Assembly (NCBI GenBank): GCA_963829525.1
Contig: CAWHIJ010000003.1
Coordinates: 1,984,001-2,048,000 of the forward strand
Direction: 5' to 3'
DNA from: an uncultured Actinomycetota bacterium
GTDB taxonomy: Bacteria; Actinomycetota; Actinomycetes; JAHEKZ01
Length of the DNA stretch: 64,000 bases
Shown here: positions 20,466 through 29,914 of the stretch, in pieces
How positions within the stretch are numbered: the first letter of the stretch is position 1
Layout of the letters: every line of letters begins with the position of its first letter
The notes under the pieces: model-generated
The model's database searches: none
The model's input: the letters and a program-made list of their open reading frames with translations, nothing else
Told to the model about the DNA's origin: nothing
Made by a program: the position numbers and the translations under genes

Positions 20466-21794
20466 GTGACCGTCCCCGACCCGAGCGGCCCTGCTCCAAC
20501 GAGCATCGCGCCAGACGCCCCATCGGAACCAGATCCTGACCCAGAAGCGCAGAAGCCGTCCCCCGTCACGATCCTCCTCGAACCTCGCGAAGGCCTGCCA
20601 CCGGTCATTACCGCTCGCGATGGCCTCAAAACCGCGGCAGCGGCCCTCGCCAGCGGTAGCGGCCCCATCGCCGTCGACGCTGAGCGCGCCAGCGGCTACC
20701 GCTACGGCCAACGCGCCTACCTCGTCCAAATCCGGCGAAACGGCTCTGGATCGTTTCTCGTCGACCCGGTGGCCTTCGACGACCTCTCACCACTGGCCGA
20801 GGCCATCAACGACGCAGAGTGGGTACTGCACGCCGCCAGCCAAGACCTACCGTGCCTTTCCGAGATCGGGCTCCGGCCGCGCGAGCTCTTCGACACCGAA
20901 CTCGCCGGCCGGTTGCTCGGCCACTCGAGAGTGGGCCTCGGAGCGATGACCGAGTCTGTCTTGGGGATCGGCCTGGAAAAGGGCCATGCCGCCGCTGACT
21001 GGTCGACGCGCCCCCTTCCTGAGGACTGGCTGCGCTACGCAGCTCTCGACGTCGAGGTGCTCATCGACCTTCGTGATGCTCTGGCCGAAGAGCTCGACGC
21101 GGCCGGAAAGACCGAGTGGGCCCGCCAGGAGTTCACCGCCATTCTGGCCGCTCCCCCACCTGCCCCCCGTGTGGATCCCTGGCGCCGAACCAGTGGCATG
21201 CACCGAGTACGTAAGCCGCGCCAGTTGGCCATCATCCGCGAACTTTGGCTGGCCCGTGACGAACTGGCCCGACAGCGCGACACAGCCCCCGGCCGGATCC
21301 TTCCCGACAGCGCGATCGTGTCGGCGGCAGTCGAGCAGCCGGCGACACGTGAGGCACTCGTTGCCCTCCCCATCTTCGGCGGCAAAGCTAACCGGCGCCA
21401 GGCCGACCGGTGGATGGCCGCCATCGACCGGGCTCGAACGTGCCCTGAATCTGCACTACCACCATCGACCCTTACCTCTGATGCGCCACCGCCCGCCCGT
21501 TCCTGGAACGACAAGAACCCCGAAGCGGCGGCCCGACTCGGTGTGCTGCGGCCGGCGGTCGCTGCGCTCGCTGACGAGCACCACCTGCCAACCGAGAACC
21601 TGCTGACCCCGGACACCGTGCGTCGCCTCGCGTGGCAGCCGCCCGAGGATTGTTCGGAGACCGGCATTGCTGCCCGGCTGCAGTCCCACGGCGCCCGCCC
21701 GTGGCAGATCGACCTGACAGCTCGCCCGATGGCCAAGGCGCTGGACCGCGTCCAGCGCGAGGCCGACGTGGCTCGCGACTCAGCGACGACCTAG
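20466..21794 (+). CDS. rnd: Ribonuclease D (3'-5' exonuclease plus HRDC)
   Basis: AVDAERASG, LHAASQD, FDTELA, DWSTRPL and YAALDVE (DEDDy); HRDC domain. Confidence 0.92.
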   Translation: MTVPDPSGPAPTSIAPDAPSEPDPDPEAQKPSPVTILLEPREGLPPVITARDGLKTAAAALASGSGPIAVDAERASGYRYGQRAYLVQIRRNGSGSFLVDPVAFDDLSPLAEAINDAEWVLHAASQDLPCLSEIGLRPRELFDTELAGRLLGHSRVGLGAMTESVLGIGLEKGHAAADWSTRPLPEDWLRYAALDVEVLIDLRDALAEELDAAGKTEWARQEFTAILAAPPPAPRVDPWRRTSGMHRVRKPRQLAIIRELWLARDELARQRDTAPGRILPDSAIVSAAVEQPATREALVALPIFGGKANRRQADRWMAAIDRARTCPESALPPSTLTSDAPPPARSWNDKNPEAAARLGVLRPAVAALADEHHLPTENLLTPDTVRRLAWQPPEDCSETGIAARLQSHGARPWQIDLTARPMAKALDRVQREADVARDSATT

Positions 21795-22150
21795 AACTCG
21801 TCGGCGATCTCGTCCGGCGCCCGCATCCGCCAGGCATCGGTGACCAACTCGGTCAGGCGGTTGACATCGACCTCGTCGAGTCGCAGCATCACGAGTGGCC
21901 AGCCGTCATAGCTGGGCGTCGTGAAGAAGACATCGGGTTCGCCCAGCAGGAGCGCCTGCTTCTCTGCCTCATCACCGACGTAGAGCACGGCGATGTCGAT
22001 CCGGATGCGTCGCTTCTCGCCAGGCCGTCGTTCGGGGTAGGACCAGATGAACCCCTTGTTCGCCACCCGGAAGTCGAATCCGTCCGAGTCGATCTCGGTG
22101 ACGTCCGGAAGTGCGAGTGCGAGACGGCGCACGTCATCAGCGTCTGCCAC
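21791..22150 (-). CDS. MmcQ/YjbR family DNA-binding protein
   Basis: DVRRLALALP, FFTTPSYDGWP and ELVTDAWRMRAP. Confidence 0.85.
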   Translation of the reverse strand: MADADDVRRLALALPDVTEIDSDGFDFRVANKGFIWSYPERRPGEKRRIRIDIAVLYVGDEAEKQALLLGEPDVFFTTPSYDGWPLVMLRLDEVDVNRLTELVTDAWRMRAPDEIADEF

Positions 22151-22331
22151 GCCGCCCCTCCCCAGTCGGTGAGCATTGCACTCTAATCGGTCTAAATCGA
22201 GGCCTTTGTGCAACGCCGAGTCCATGGCCAACGAGTTGGAGTAGTCCGGTGAATTCACCAAAGTCTCTGCCCAAAGCCGTCTTTCCCTCCTATGCTCCGA
22301 AGACAACCGGTCGCCAGCCCAGGAGGCACTC

Positions 22332-24311
22332 ATGAAGCGTTCCCAGTACATCGCGGTCGCCACGGCTGCGGGCATGCTGGCGGCCCTTGGCACCACAGCC
22401 GTGACGACCTCGTTCGCGGCCGCTGCGCCCACCAAGCCGAGCCATGCCCCCAAGGCCACCTACGTGGGCGAACGCGCACCTCTCACCGCGAGGGCGCCGT
22501 CAGCGACCGCCCTGCGAACTCCAGGTATCGGCGACGTGCTCGGCGGCGTCGAGCTCAAGAGCCCCGAAGTAGAAGCCCGGCAGAACTCACCGCAGGGTGG
22601 ATCTGCCGTTCTGAACGGCAATGTCCGTCCTCCGTCAGCGGCATCGGTACCCGTCTCGCAAAACCAGAGCGGCGTGGTCAGCAGCTTCCAGGGCTTGAAC
22701 CACTTCGACAGCAGGTACTCAGGCGGCGGGAACGCCTTCTCAGGTGAACCGCCGGACCAGGGGATGTGTGTCGGGGGCAACTACGTCTTCGAGATCGTCA
22801 ACTCCGTCGTGCAGGTGTACACCAAGTCCGGCGAGCCGAAGATCGCTGGCGACAAAGCCTTTCCTGACGGCCCGTCCGTCGGGCTGACACTGAACGAGTT
22901 CTTCGACCTGCCGCCATCCTTTGTTCGGCCTGATGGACCATTCGGTCCCTACATGTTCGACACGTCGTGCCTCTACGACCCATCAACGCAGCGTTGGTTC
23001 GCGACATCGGCGAACCTCGACCAGGACCCAGTGACCGGTGAGTTCACCGGCGCGAACCAGGTCTGGCTCGCGGTCAGCACCAGCTCTAACCCACTCGGTT
23101 CGTGGAAAATCTGGTCGATAGACACCTCGAACAACGGCCAGAACGGGACGCCTGACCACGGTTGCCTTGATGGCTACTGCTTCGGCGACTACCCGCAGAT
23201 CGGCATGGATGCCGAAGGCTTCTACATCACCACCAACGAGTTTGAGTTCTTCGGCGATGGCTTCAACGGAACGCAGCTCTACGCACTGTCCAAGGACGAT
23301 TTGGTGGTTGGTCAGACAAGTCCGACGATGCAGATGTTCGAGAACGTCCCGACCGCTACGTACAACGATCTCTCGTACACCATGCAGCCGGTGAATGCGC
23401 TGCCGGCCGAGTGGGACTCATCTGCCAACGGAACGATGTACTTCGGGATGTCGGGGTCGCCATTTACTGACGCATTGGTTCGTTCGATCGCTCTCTATGG
23501 CCTCTCCAACACCAAGTCACTCGCCACCAACTCACCGGCTCTGACCCTCAGAGAGACTTCCGTCGCCACCCAGGCGTATGCGACGCCTGGGTTTGCCCAG
23601 CAACAGAGCGGCCCGATGCCGCTGCTGTCGTGCGTCAACAGCAGGGCGTGCATCGGCGTCCACTACCCGAGCATCAAGAACCCTCTGGTGTTGGACGCCG
23701 GAAACTCTGGAAAGGTGTACGGCGCCTGGCTGCACGACGGTGACGTCTATCTGACAACCGGCACGCCACTCACCGGTAGCGGGGCCGCTTGGTACAACAC
23801 CAACAACGGCGCCTGGAAGGGCATCAAGCAGCGGACCGGTGTCGCATGGTTCGTCGTGAATCCTGATGCTTCCGCTTCCGGGCTTGATGCTTCTTTGCAG
23901 GGCAACGGCTACCTCGCGATTCAGGGCGCCAACCTGACCTACCCCTCGATCGTGGTCGGACCGACGGGCGCCGGGGCAATCGGAGCGACCCTCACCGGTC
24001 CGAACAACTTCCCGAGTGCCGCCGTCGCCCAGTTCGGCCCAGGACAGGCGCCATCGGTTGTCCAGATCACCGGACAGGGAATCGGGCCCAACGATGGCTT
24101 CACCGGAACCGGCGAAGGTGGCTATGACCCACGGTGGGGTGACTACCCAGCAGCAACGGTGACACCCGACGGAACCATGTGGCTTGCCAATGAGTACGTC
24201 GCCTCGCGGTGCACATCAGCGGAGTTCGCGGTCGACACCACCTGCGGTTACAACCGATCCTTCTACGCGAACTGGAGCACACACATCACAGGAATCACTC
24301 CGCTGCCCTGA
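22332..24311 (+). CDS. Large secreted hypothetical protein (PPDQG...GDY...RWGDY family)
   Basis: Signal peptide; AGGAGG RBS; EPPDQGMCVG, FGDYPQIG and RWGDYP; G/S/T/N-rich. Confidence 0.75.
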   Translation: MKRSQYIAVATAAGMLAALGTTAVTTSFAAAAPTKPSHAPKATYVGERAPLTARAPSATALRTPGIGDVLGGVELKSPEVEARQNSPQGGSAVLNGNVRPPSAASVPVSQNQSGVVSSFQGLNHFDSRYSGGGNAFSGEPPDQGMCVGGNYVFEIVNSVVQVYTKSGEPKIAGDKAFPDGPSVGLTLNEFFDLPPSFVRPDGPFGPYMFDTSCLYDPSTQRWFATSANLDQDPVTGEFTGANQVWLAVSTSSNPLGSWKIWSIDTSNNGQNGTPDHGCLDGYCFGDYPQIGMDAEGFYITTNEFEFFGDGFNGTQLYALSKDDLVVGQTSPTMQMFENVPTATYNDLSYTMQPVNALPAEWDSSANGTMYFGMSGSPFTDALVRSIALYGLSNTKSLATNSPALTLRETSVATQAYATPGFAQQQSGPMPLLSCVNSRACIGVHYPSIKNPLVLDAGNSGKVYGAWLHDGDVYLTTGTPLTGSGAAWYNTNNGAWKGIKQRTGVAWFVVNPDASASGLDASLQGNGYLAIQGANLTYPSIVVGPTGAGAIGATLTGPNNFPSAAVAQFGPGQAPSVVQITGQGIGPNDGFTGTGEGGYDPRWGDYPAATVTPDGTMWLANEYVASRCTSAEFAVDTTCGYNRSFYANWSTHITGITPLP

Positions 24312-24317
24312 GTGTCG

Positions 24318-24605
24318 ATGCATCTCGAGTTCACCGGCGAGATGTGGTCTTGGCGCGGGCCGTCACCGTTTCACTTCATCTCAGTTCCGCCTGATGAGAG
24401 CGCTGAGCTGGAGACGGCAGCGGGGCTGGTGAGCTACGGCTGGGGGATGATCCCGGTGACGGCAGAGATCGGCGCAACCGTATGGACGACCTCGCTCTTC
24501 CCGAAGGATGGCGGGTACGTGTTGCCCGTCAAGGATGTCGTTCGCAAGGGTGAGCTTCTCGAAGTCGGTGATGTCGTAGCGGTTCAACTCTCCGTGGACG
24601 TCTGA
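24318..24605 (+). CDS. DUF1905 family protein
   Basis: WRGPSPFHF, YGWGMIPV and WTTSLFPKDGGYVLPVK. Confidence 0.88.
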   Translation: MHLEFTGEMWSWRGPSPFHFISVPPDESAELETAAGLVSYGWGMIPVTAEIGATVWTTSLFPKDGGYVLPVKDVVRKGELLEVGDVVAVQLSVDV

Positions 24606-24619
24606 CCGCGCAGCGACGA

Positions 24620-24754
24620 TGGAAGGCTTACAAGGTGACTCACGGTGGAGCAACGTGGTATCAGAATGATTGGGATGAGTTCAACCAGAACATTCCGGAC
24701 TTCGAGATCAACTATAACTACCGCACCGACTGTGCCGTATACCAGCCCATCTGA
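24620..24754 (+). pseudogene. Start-less 3' gene fragment
   Basis: Open frame WKAYKVTHGGATWYQNDWDEFNQNIPDFEINYNYRTDCAVYQPI*; stop is 2 nt before ATG 24757; no in-frame start codon before this segment. Confidence 0.4.
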
Positions 24755-24756
24755 TT

Positions 24757-25104
24757 ATGCCAACTGGATATGAGCTTCCGATGGCACCCTCCGAGCTCGG
24801 TCCTGCACTGAGCGGCGCCCTGCGAGGTCCAGGGGATCAACCGGAACTGACGGTCACCGATGTCAGGCTCATACGGCTAGGAGACGCCACCAGCGCGGCC
24901 TTGAGCGCGGTGGTCCAGATCGCTGCAAGAGATTTGCCCCTTGAACGGTGGGAGTGGCATCTGCCCCTGAGCGAGGATGAATTTGCAATGCCGGCAATCA
25001 CCTTTCTAGAGACCATTCGTGCAAACCTCGAGGAGTGGTGGCACGTCAAGGATCGAGAGCCCCACTTTGCGGCACTGGGACATCGACTGCCTCTTGACGA
25101 GTGA
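24757..25104 (+). CDS. Hypothetical protein (115 aa)
   Basis: Protein-like composition (IRANLEEWWHVK); AT-richer codons than the backbone. Confidence 0.55.
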   Translation: MPTGYELPMAPSELGPALSGALRGPGDQPELTVTDVRLIRLGDATSAALSAVVQIAARDLPLERWEWHLPLSEDEFAMPAITFLETIRANLEEWWHVKDREPHFAALGHRLPLDE

Positions 25105-25351
25105 TTGAGCATGGTCTGTCCGAGAACGCAAGCAAGCCGCCTTCTTCCAGGGGCCGATCTGGAGCAACCTTGCCCTGGAGTTGGAACTCCCCTGCCTCTT
25201 GACACAAACCCGGCGAGCCGAACCGTCAACCGGAGAGCTCGGAGACCTTGGAAGTGGTTTCTGCACTAGAGCCCTTGCTAGGTGCTTCCGTGCCGAGAGT
25301 CTTTCTTCGCATCAGTCCTAAGCCCGTCGCTGCTGGCGGGGTTAATCACTG

Positions 25352-25573
25352 GACGTGTTGGGGCCGACGGTTGAAGGCCTCACCGCACTCGCTGGCGATG
25401 GTCGCGCGCTGGAGTTTGCGATCGGAACTGGTCGGGTTGCCATCCCCCTGGCCGAGCGCGGCGTCGCGGTCACGGGCATCGAACTCTCCCAGCCGATGAT
25501 CGACCAGCTGCGGACCAGGGCCGACGGGATCAGATCCCCGTCGTGGTTGGCGACATGGCCACCGCCCGTGCAG
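25352..25573 (+). pseudogene. Truncated, frameshifted class I SAM-dependent methyltransferase remnant
   Basis: LAGDGRALEFAIGTGRVAIPLAERG..GIELS.PMIDQLR, then a shift near 25530 to IPVVVGDMATARA, then loss of homology. Confidence 0.75.
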
Positions 25574-25679
25574 ATTCCCGGTCACATGTGTCGGTTTATC
25601 GGCTCCCGAACCGGTCCTAACGCGCCGTTGGGTTACCCCCTGCCTATGCTGACGCCATCACCCGACTGAGGAGCCATCC

Positions 25680-25901
25680 ATGAGCCGGTCCCGAACGATC
25701 CTGACCATGGCGCTGATCGCCACCACCGCGGTAGTGGTGGCTGCTGTCGTCGTCAAGCTCCGCAGCATGGACGAAGTGGCCACCGAGACGGCCGACGACA
25801 TCGAAGCTCAACTTGGGGCGCTGGACCCGATCACCCGAGCGACCGTCGTGGAGAAGCTGTCAGCGCGAGCTCTGGAAGGGGCCAAGGCTCCAACGAGCTA
25901 A
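25680..25901 (+). CDS. Small membrane-anchored hypothetical protein
   Basis: GAGGAG RBS; N-terminal TM segment; helical LDPITRATV tail. Confidence 0.65.
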   Translation: MSRSRTILTMALIATTAVVVAAVVVKLRSMDEVATETADDIEAQLGALDPITRATVVEKLSARALEGAKAPTS

Positions 25902-26476
25902 GGCCCTTTGGTGGCTGCTAGCAAGGCCCGGTAGTGAAGGTGGACCGTGCCATCGGAGAACTGGTCCTGTTGGACGAGGTCCAGAGCGAGCCGCGTCCCA
26001 GATGGCCAGCAAGAGGTTCCGCCACCGACGATGTGCGGGACTATGAACAGGTGGACGTCGTCGACGATGCCAGCCCTCAGCGCATGTGATGCCAGCGTTG
26101 GCCCGCCGATCGAAACGTTTTGTTCTTGAGCGGCAACCATGGCGCGGACGCTGTGCGGATCGAAGGTGCGCTCGAGCCGCGTCTTCGGCGTCGTCACGGC
26201 GGCGAGTGTTTCGGAGTAGACGATCTTGTCGGCCGACTGCCAGATGTCGGCGTACTCGCGGATGACCTCGGGCTCCTGTTCGATGTCGGGAAAGTGCTGC
26301 CAGACGGCCATGACTTCATACAGCCGGCGGCCGTACAGGTACGTGCCCACCGAGGTCTCAAGGCGGTTGATGAACCGGTGCACCTCCTCGCCGGGGGCAG
26401 CCCAGTCGAAGTTGCCTCCCTCGTCGGCCACGTAACCGTCCAGTGAGGCCAACACCGCGTACACCAATCGCGCCAT
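25898..26476 (-). CDS. Dihydrofolate reductase / RibD-C family protein
   Basis: SLDGYVAD, YLYGRRLYEVM and IGGPTLA. Confidence 0.9.
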   Translation of the reverse strand: MARLVYAVLASLDGYVADEGGNFDWAAPGEEVHRFINRLETSVGTYLYGRRLYEVMAVWQHFPDIEQEPEVIREYADIWQSADKIVYSETLAAVTTPKTRLERTFDPHSVRAMVAAQEQNVSIGGPTLASHALRAGIVDDVHLFIVPHIVGGGTSCWPSGTRLALDLVQQDQFSDGTVHLHYRALLAATKGP

Positions 26477-26523
26477 TTCATGACCCTACTGGGGGGTGTG
26501 TGACGACGTTGACGAACACTGCC

Positions 26524-27003
26524 CTATAGGGGTTTGACCAGAATCAGGCACGGGTTCTCGGCCCAGATCCCCTGAAGCTCCTCAAGTGGGATGTACCCAA
26601 GGGCCTGGTAGAAACTCAGCGTCTTGCCATAAGCCTCATCAGCGTGCGACGGTCCAAGGGTCTTGACCTGCACGACCCTGACACCCGCAGCCGCCATGTC
26701 TGCCTCGAAAGCAGCCACGAGGGTTCGCCCGATCCCTTGGCGATGATGATCGGGCAAAACGGCAAGGAGGTGGATCTCCGCCGACTCGCGACTGTGCGTC
26801 GTCACCAGCAGTGCGCCAAGAACTTCCCCTGAGGGTGAATCCACTGCCAGGAAGGTGGGCTTTGTCCGGGCGTCCTCGACGTACTCCAGCAGTGAGGCTT
26901 CGATACCGAACCAGTCCGGCAGCGATCGCAGCAGACATTCAACAGCCTCCGGATCCTGGCGGCCCCTGACCACAACAAGCGAGCCCGAACTATCAACATC
27001 CAT
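26524..27003 (-). CDS. GNAT N-acetyltransferase
   Basis: LPDWFGI, HRQGIGR, QVKTLGPS and FYQALGY. Confidence 0.88.
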   Translation of the reverse strand: MDVDSSGSLVVVRGRQDPEAVECLLRSLPDWFGIEASLLEYVEDARTKPTFLAVDSPSGEVLGALLVTTHSRESAEIHLLAVLPDHHRQGIGRTLVAAFEADMAAAGVRVVQVKTLGPSHADEAYGKTLSFYQALGYIPLEELQGIWAENPCLILVKPL

Positions 27004-27107
27004 CAGCGAATCATGCCCACATTCAGAACCGGCGACCAAAGCCGGGCCACGTCCTGCGTCGCACCGGTCGGGCGTACGGTCGAACATCCAACCTCTTGGA
27101 GTGGCTC

Positions 27108-27497
27108 GTGATAGTTGTCCTATTCTCCAGCGTCGCACGGCCAGACATCGACGCCGATGAGTACGGCCGGGCCTCGGCACGGATGCGGGAGATCGTCGCG
27201 TCCGTGCCAGGCTTCATCGCCTTCAACACGTATTCCTCAGACGACGGTGAGGATCTGGTCGTTGCCCGCTTCGACTCCTTGGAGGCCGTCGATGCGTGGC
27301 GCAACCACCCTGAGCACCTCGCGACGCAGGAAAGAGATCGCTCCCTCTGGGCCCAGGAGTACTGGGTTCAGACCTCTGAGACAGTGCGCGAGTACCGCTG
27401 GACCCATGGAATGGGCTACGAGTCAGATCTCCGAGAAATGCTCATTTCGCGTTCGGAGATTCAGCCAGGTACTTCGGCTCGACAAACCTCCGAGTGA
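27108..27497 (+). CDS. Antibiotic biosynthesis monooxygenase (ABM) family protein
   Basis: VPGFI..., FDSLEAVDAWRNHPEH..TQ. Confidence 0.8.
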   Translation: MIVVLFSSVARPDIDADEYGRASARMREIVASVPGFIAFNTYSSDDGEDLVVARFDSLEAVDAWRNHPEHLATQERDRSLWAQEYWVQTSETVREYRWTHGMGYESDLREMLISRSEIQPGTSARQTSE

Positions 27498-27880
27498 ACT
27501 CAGTCGGTGCGGTCAGTCGGCTCGGGATCTGTGGCCGAAAGCGCCCTCGAAGTGTTGACAGAACGTATTGGCTACCGAAGCAACGTTGTCGTCGTCGCAC
27601 CTGATCAAGACACGATGGAGACCGACACCACTCGCCAGTTCTAAGACGATCTGGGCAATCTAGGTCGTCGACATGTAGGTCGATAGCCCAGCCCAGAACG
27701 CGCTTTCGGATTCGATGTCCTAGGCGTCAAACACGACCACTCGCCTACTGATCTCAACACCGGGTGCGTTCACAAACGCCTGCCAGCCCTGCCCCGTCAT
27801 GTCGTCTCCCCTATGGAAGACGGTCACCGGTATCTCCGTGTCCGAGACTAGGCAGGGACAAACTCATCCGGAGCCGAATC

Positions 27881-28219
27881 TCAGACCTCCGGGTCGAACA
27901 TGATCTCCCGTACCTCCTGCGGGCAACGGCAGGCGACGGCAAACTGGGCAGCCCACTGCAGCGCCTCCTCGCGTCCGGGCACGTCGAGGATCACGAACCC
28001 GCCGACGACCGCCTTGGTTTCCGGGTACGGGCCATCGGTGACGATGCCGTCGGTGGTTACGATGCTCGCCCGCTGGCTCTGCACTCCGCCACCGAAGATC
28101 CACACCCCTGCCTTCTGAGCGGCCCGAACAACAGCGTGCGCAGCCTCGGCCACAGCTGGCACCTCATCGTCGGGGAAGGTCATCGCACCATCATCGAACG
28201 AGATCAGATACCGCGTCAT
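27881..28219 (-). CDS. YciI (DGPF-domain) family protein
   Basis: VTDGPYPETKAVVGGF, EEALQWA and CRCPQEVRE. Confidence 0.9.
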   Translation of the reverse strand: MTRYLISFDDGAMTFPDDEVPAVAEAAHAVVRAAQKAGVWIFGGGVQSQRASIVTTDGIVTDGPYPETKAVVGGFVILDVPGREEALQWAAQFAVACRCPQEVREIMFDPEV

Positions 28220-28346
28220 CCCATGACTCCCTTGTCCCAACGGCCACCTCGGGCCGCCAGCCAGACTCCGCGTCGTTTCTGTTGAGTCTCACAGATCCTT
28301 GGGGCGATCCGGCTACGTGGGTTCGCTGGCCTCGTAGGCTGAGGAG

Positions 28347-29153
28347 ATGGCCGAAGCAACTAGTCGAACCGCAGTGGTTACCGGCACGTCATCCGGACTG
28401 GGACGCGGCGTGGCCGAGCGCCTCGTTGCCCTGGGCTGGGATGTGCTCGGAACGGTCCGCGGAGATGGCGCGGGGCTCCCCTTCGACACGGTGCGATGCG
28501 ACGTGACCGACGACGATGCGATGGCGCGTCTCGGCCAGCAGGTGCTCCAGCAGTGGGGACGGCTCGACGCGCTGGTGAACAACGCTGGTGTCGCACTGAC
28601 AGGCCCAGTCGAGGAGCTCGCACCCGAGGAGCTGAGGCGGCACCTCGACGTGAATCTCGTGGCACCGCTGGCATTGGTGCGCGCATGCCTTCCGGCCCTG
28701 CGCGTCGGCAGAGGCGTCGTTGTCCAGGTGTCCAGTGTCTCCGGCTACTCGGCCAGTGAGCTGTTTGCCGCCTACAGCGCGTCCAAGTTCGGGCTGGAGG
28801 GAGCGAGTGAGGCGCTCGCAGCCGAGGTCTCGGGTCAAGGCGTGCGGGTCGTCGTGGTTGAACCAGGGCCGTTCCGGACCGAAATCGGCCCCAAGGGGAC
28901 CCAGGTGGCGGCCAAAGGTTCCACAGGGCTTTACGAGTCCGAATGGCGCGAGACCGACGACTGGCTCGCGTGGCACGCTTCGGCAAGCCCCGATGCCGAG
29001 GCGTGTATCAACGCAATACTCGGGGCCACCACCCGTGCTGATGCGCCCTTCCGGGTCCCCGTTGGCGAGGGAATCGTCGATGAACTGCGGCGCAAAGGTG
29101 AGGAGATGATCACTCAAGCAGCCGCGGCGGAAACGTTCCTCCGCTCCTTGTAG
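28347..29153 (+). CDS. Short-chain dehydrogenase/reductase
   Basis: TGTSSGLG, NNAG, YSASK and VEPGPFRT. Confidence 0.92.
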   Translation: MAEATSRTAVVTGTSSGLGRGVAERLVALGWDVLGTVRGDGAGLPFDTVRCDVTDDDAMARLGQQVLQQWGRLDALVNNAGVALTGPVEELAPEELRRHLDVNLVAPLALVRACLPALRVGRGVVVQVSSVSGYSASELFAAYSASKFGLEGASEALAAEVSGQGVRVVVVEPGPFRTEIGPKGTQVAAKGSTGLYESEWRETDDWLAWHASASPDAEACINAILGATTRADAPFRVPVGEGIVDELRRKGEEMITQAAAAETFLRSL

Positions 29154-29162
29154 CCGATCGCC

Positions 29163-29861
29163 GTGGACGACGATGTGGCGACTGCCCTGACCACTGCGGT
29201 TCGCAATGCACTCGCAGCTGTAGGCGATCCCGCACGAGCCAGTCAGCAGCAGGCCTACATGAAGTCAGCCATGCCCTACCGCGGCGTGACATTGCCTGAG
29301 GTCCGGCGCATCGCCAAGTCGGCGTTGAAAGAGCACCCGCTTCGCGACCAGTCGGACCTCATCGCAGCCGTGAGTGCCCTCTGGGACGACGCCGAGTACC
29401 GCGAAGAGCGCTACGCCGCTCTCACGGTCCTGCAGGTTCCGAAGCACCGCCCCTGGCGCGGCCTGGCGATGCTCCCGCTCTACGAGCATCTGGTGATCAC
29501 CGGTCGCTGGTGGGACCTCGTCGACGACCTCGCGTCCCACTCCATTGGTGAGCTCCTTCGCGCGTATCGCACCGAGGTGGCGCCTGTCATGCGCGCGTGG
29601 GCGTCAGACGACGACCTGTGGCGACGCCGCGCCGCCCTCGTCTGCCAAGTGGGCGCCAAGTCTGAGACCGACCCCGACCTCCTCGCGGACATCATCACGG
29701 GGACTGTCGACGAGCGGGACTTCTTCGTGCGCAAGGGCATCGGATGGGCGCTCCGTGACTACGCCAGGACCGACCCCGGCTGGGTGCGCGCGTTCGTGGC
29801 CGGACATGCCGACGTCCTGAGCCCCCTGTCGATCCGCGAGGCGACCAAGCACCTGGACTGA
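29163..29861 (+). CDS. DNA alkylation repair protein (AlkD-like)
   Basis: AYMKSAMP, WWDLVD, DLWRRR and FFVRKGIGWALRDY. Confidence 0.9.
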   Translation: MDDDVATALTTAVRNALAAVGDPARASQQQAYMKSAMPYRGVTLPEVRRIAKSALKEHPLRDQSDLIAAVSALWDDAEYREERYAALTVLQVPKHRPWRGLAMLPLYEHLVITGRWWDLVDDLASHSIGELLRAYRTEVAPVMRAWASDDDLWRRRAALVCQVGAKSETDPDLLADIITGTVDERDFFVRKGIGWALRDYARTDPGWVRAFVAGHADVLSPLSIREATKHLD

Positions 29862-29914
29862 CCCACGCCTACTGGCCAGTAGCATCGAGGTGATTGCTCA
29901 CTCTGGGAGGTTCT

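Noticed and set aside
25898-26476. Trimethoprim-resistance dfr (also 554-1303 and 63027-63635)
   Set aside because: These are RibD-C/DHFR-like paralogs common in actinobacteria, not canonical folA/dfr.
21791-29861. Integron-like cassette array
   Set aside because: Mixed gene orientations, no repeated attC-like sites seen and no integrase.
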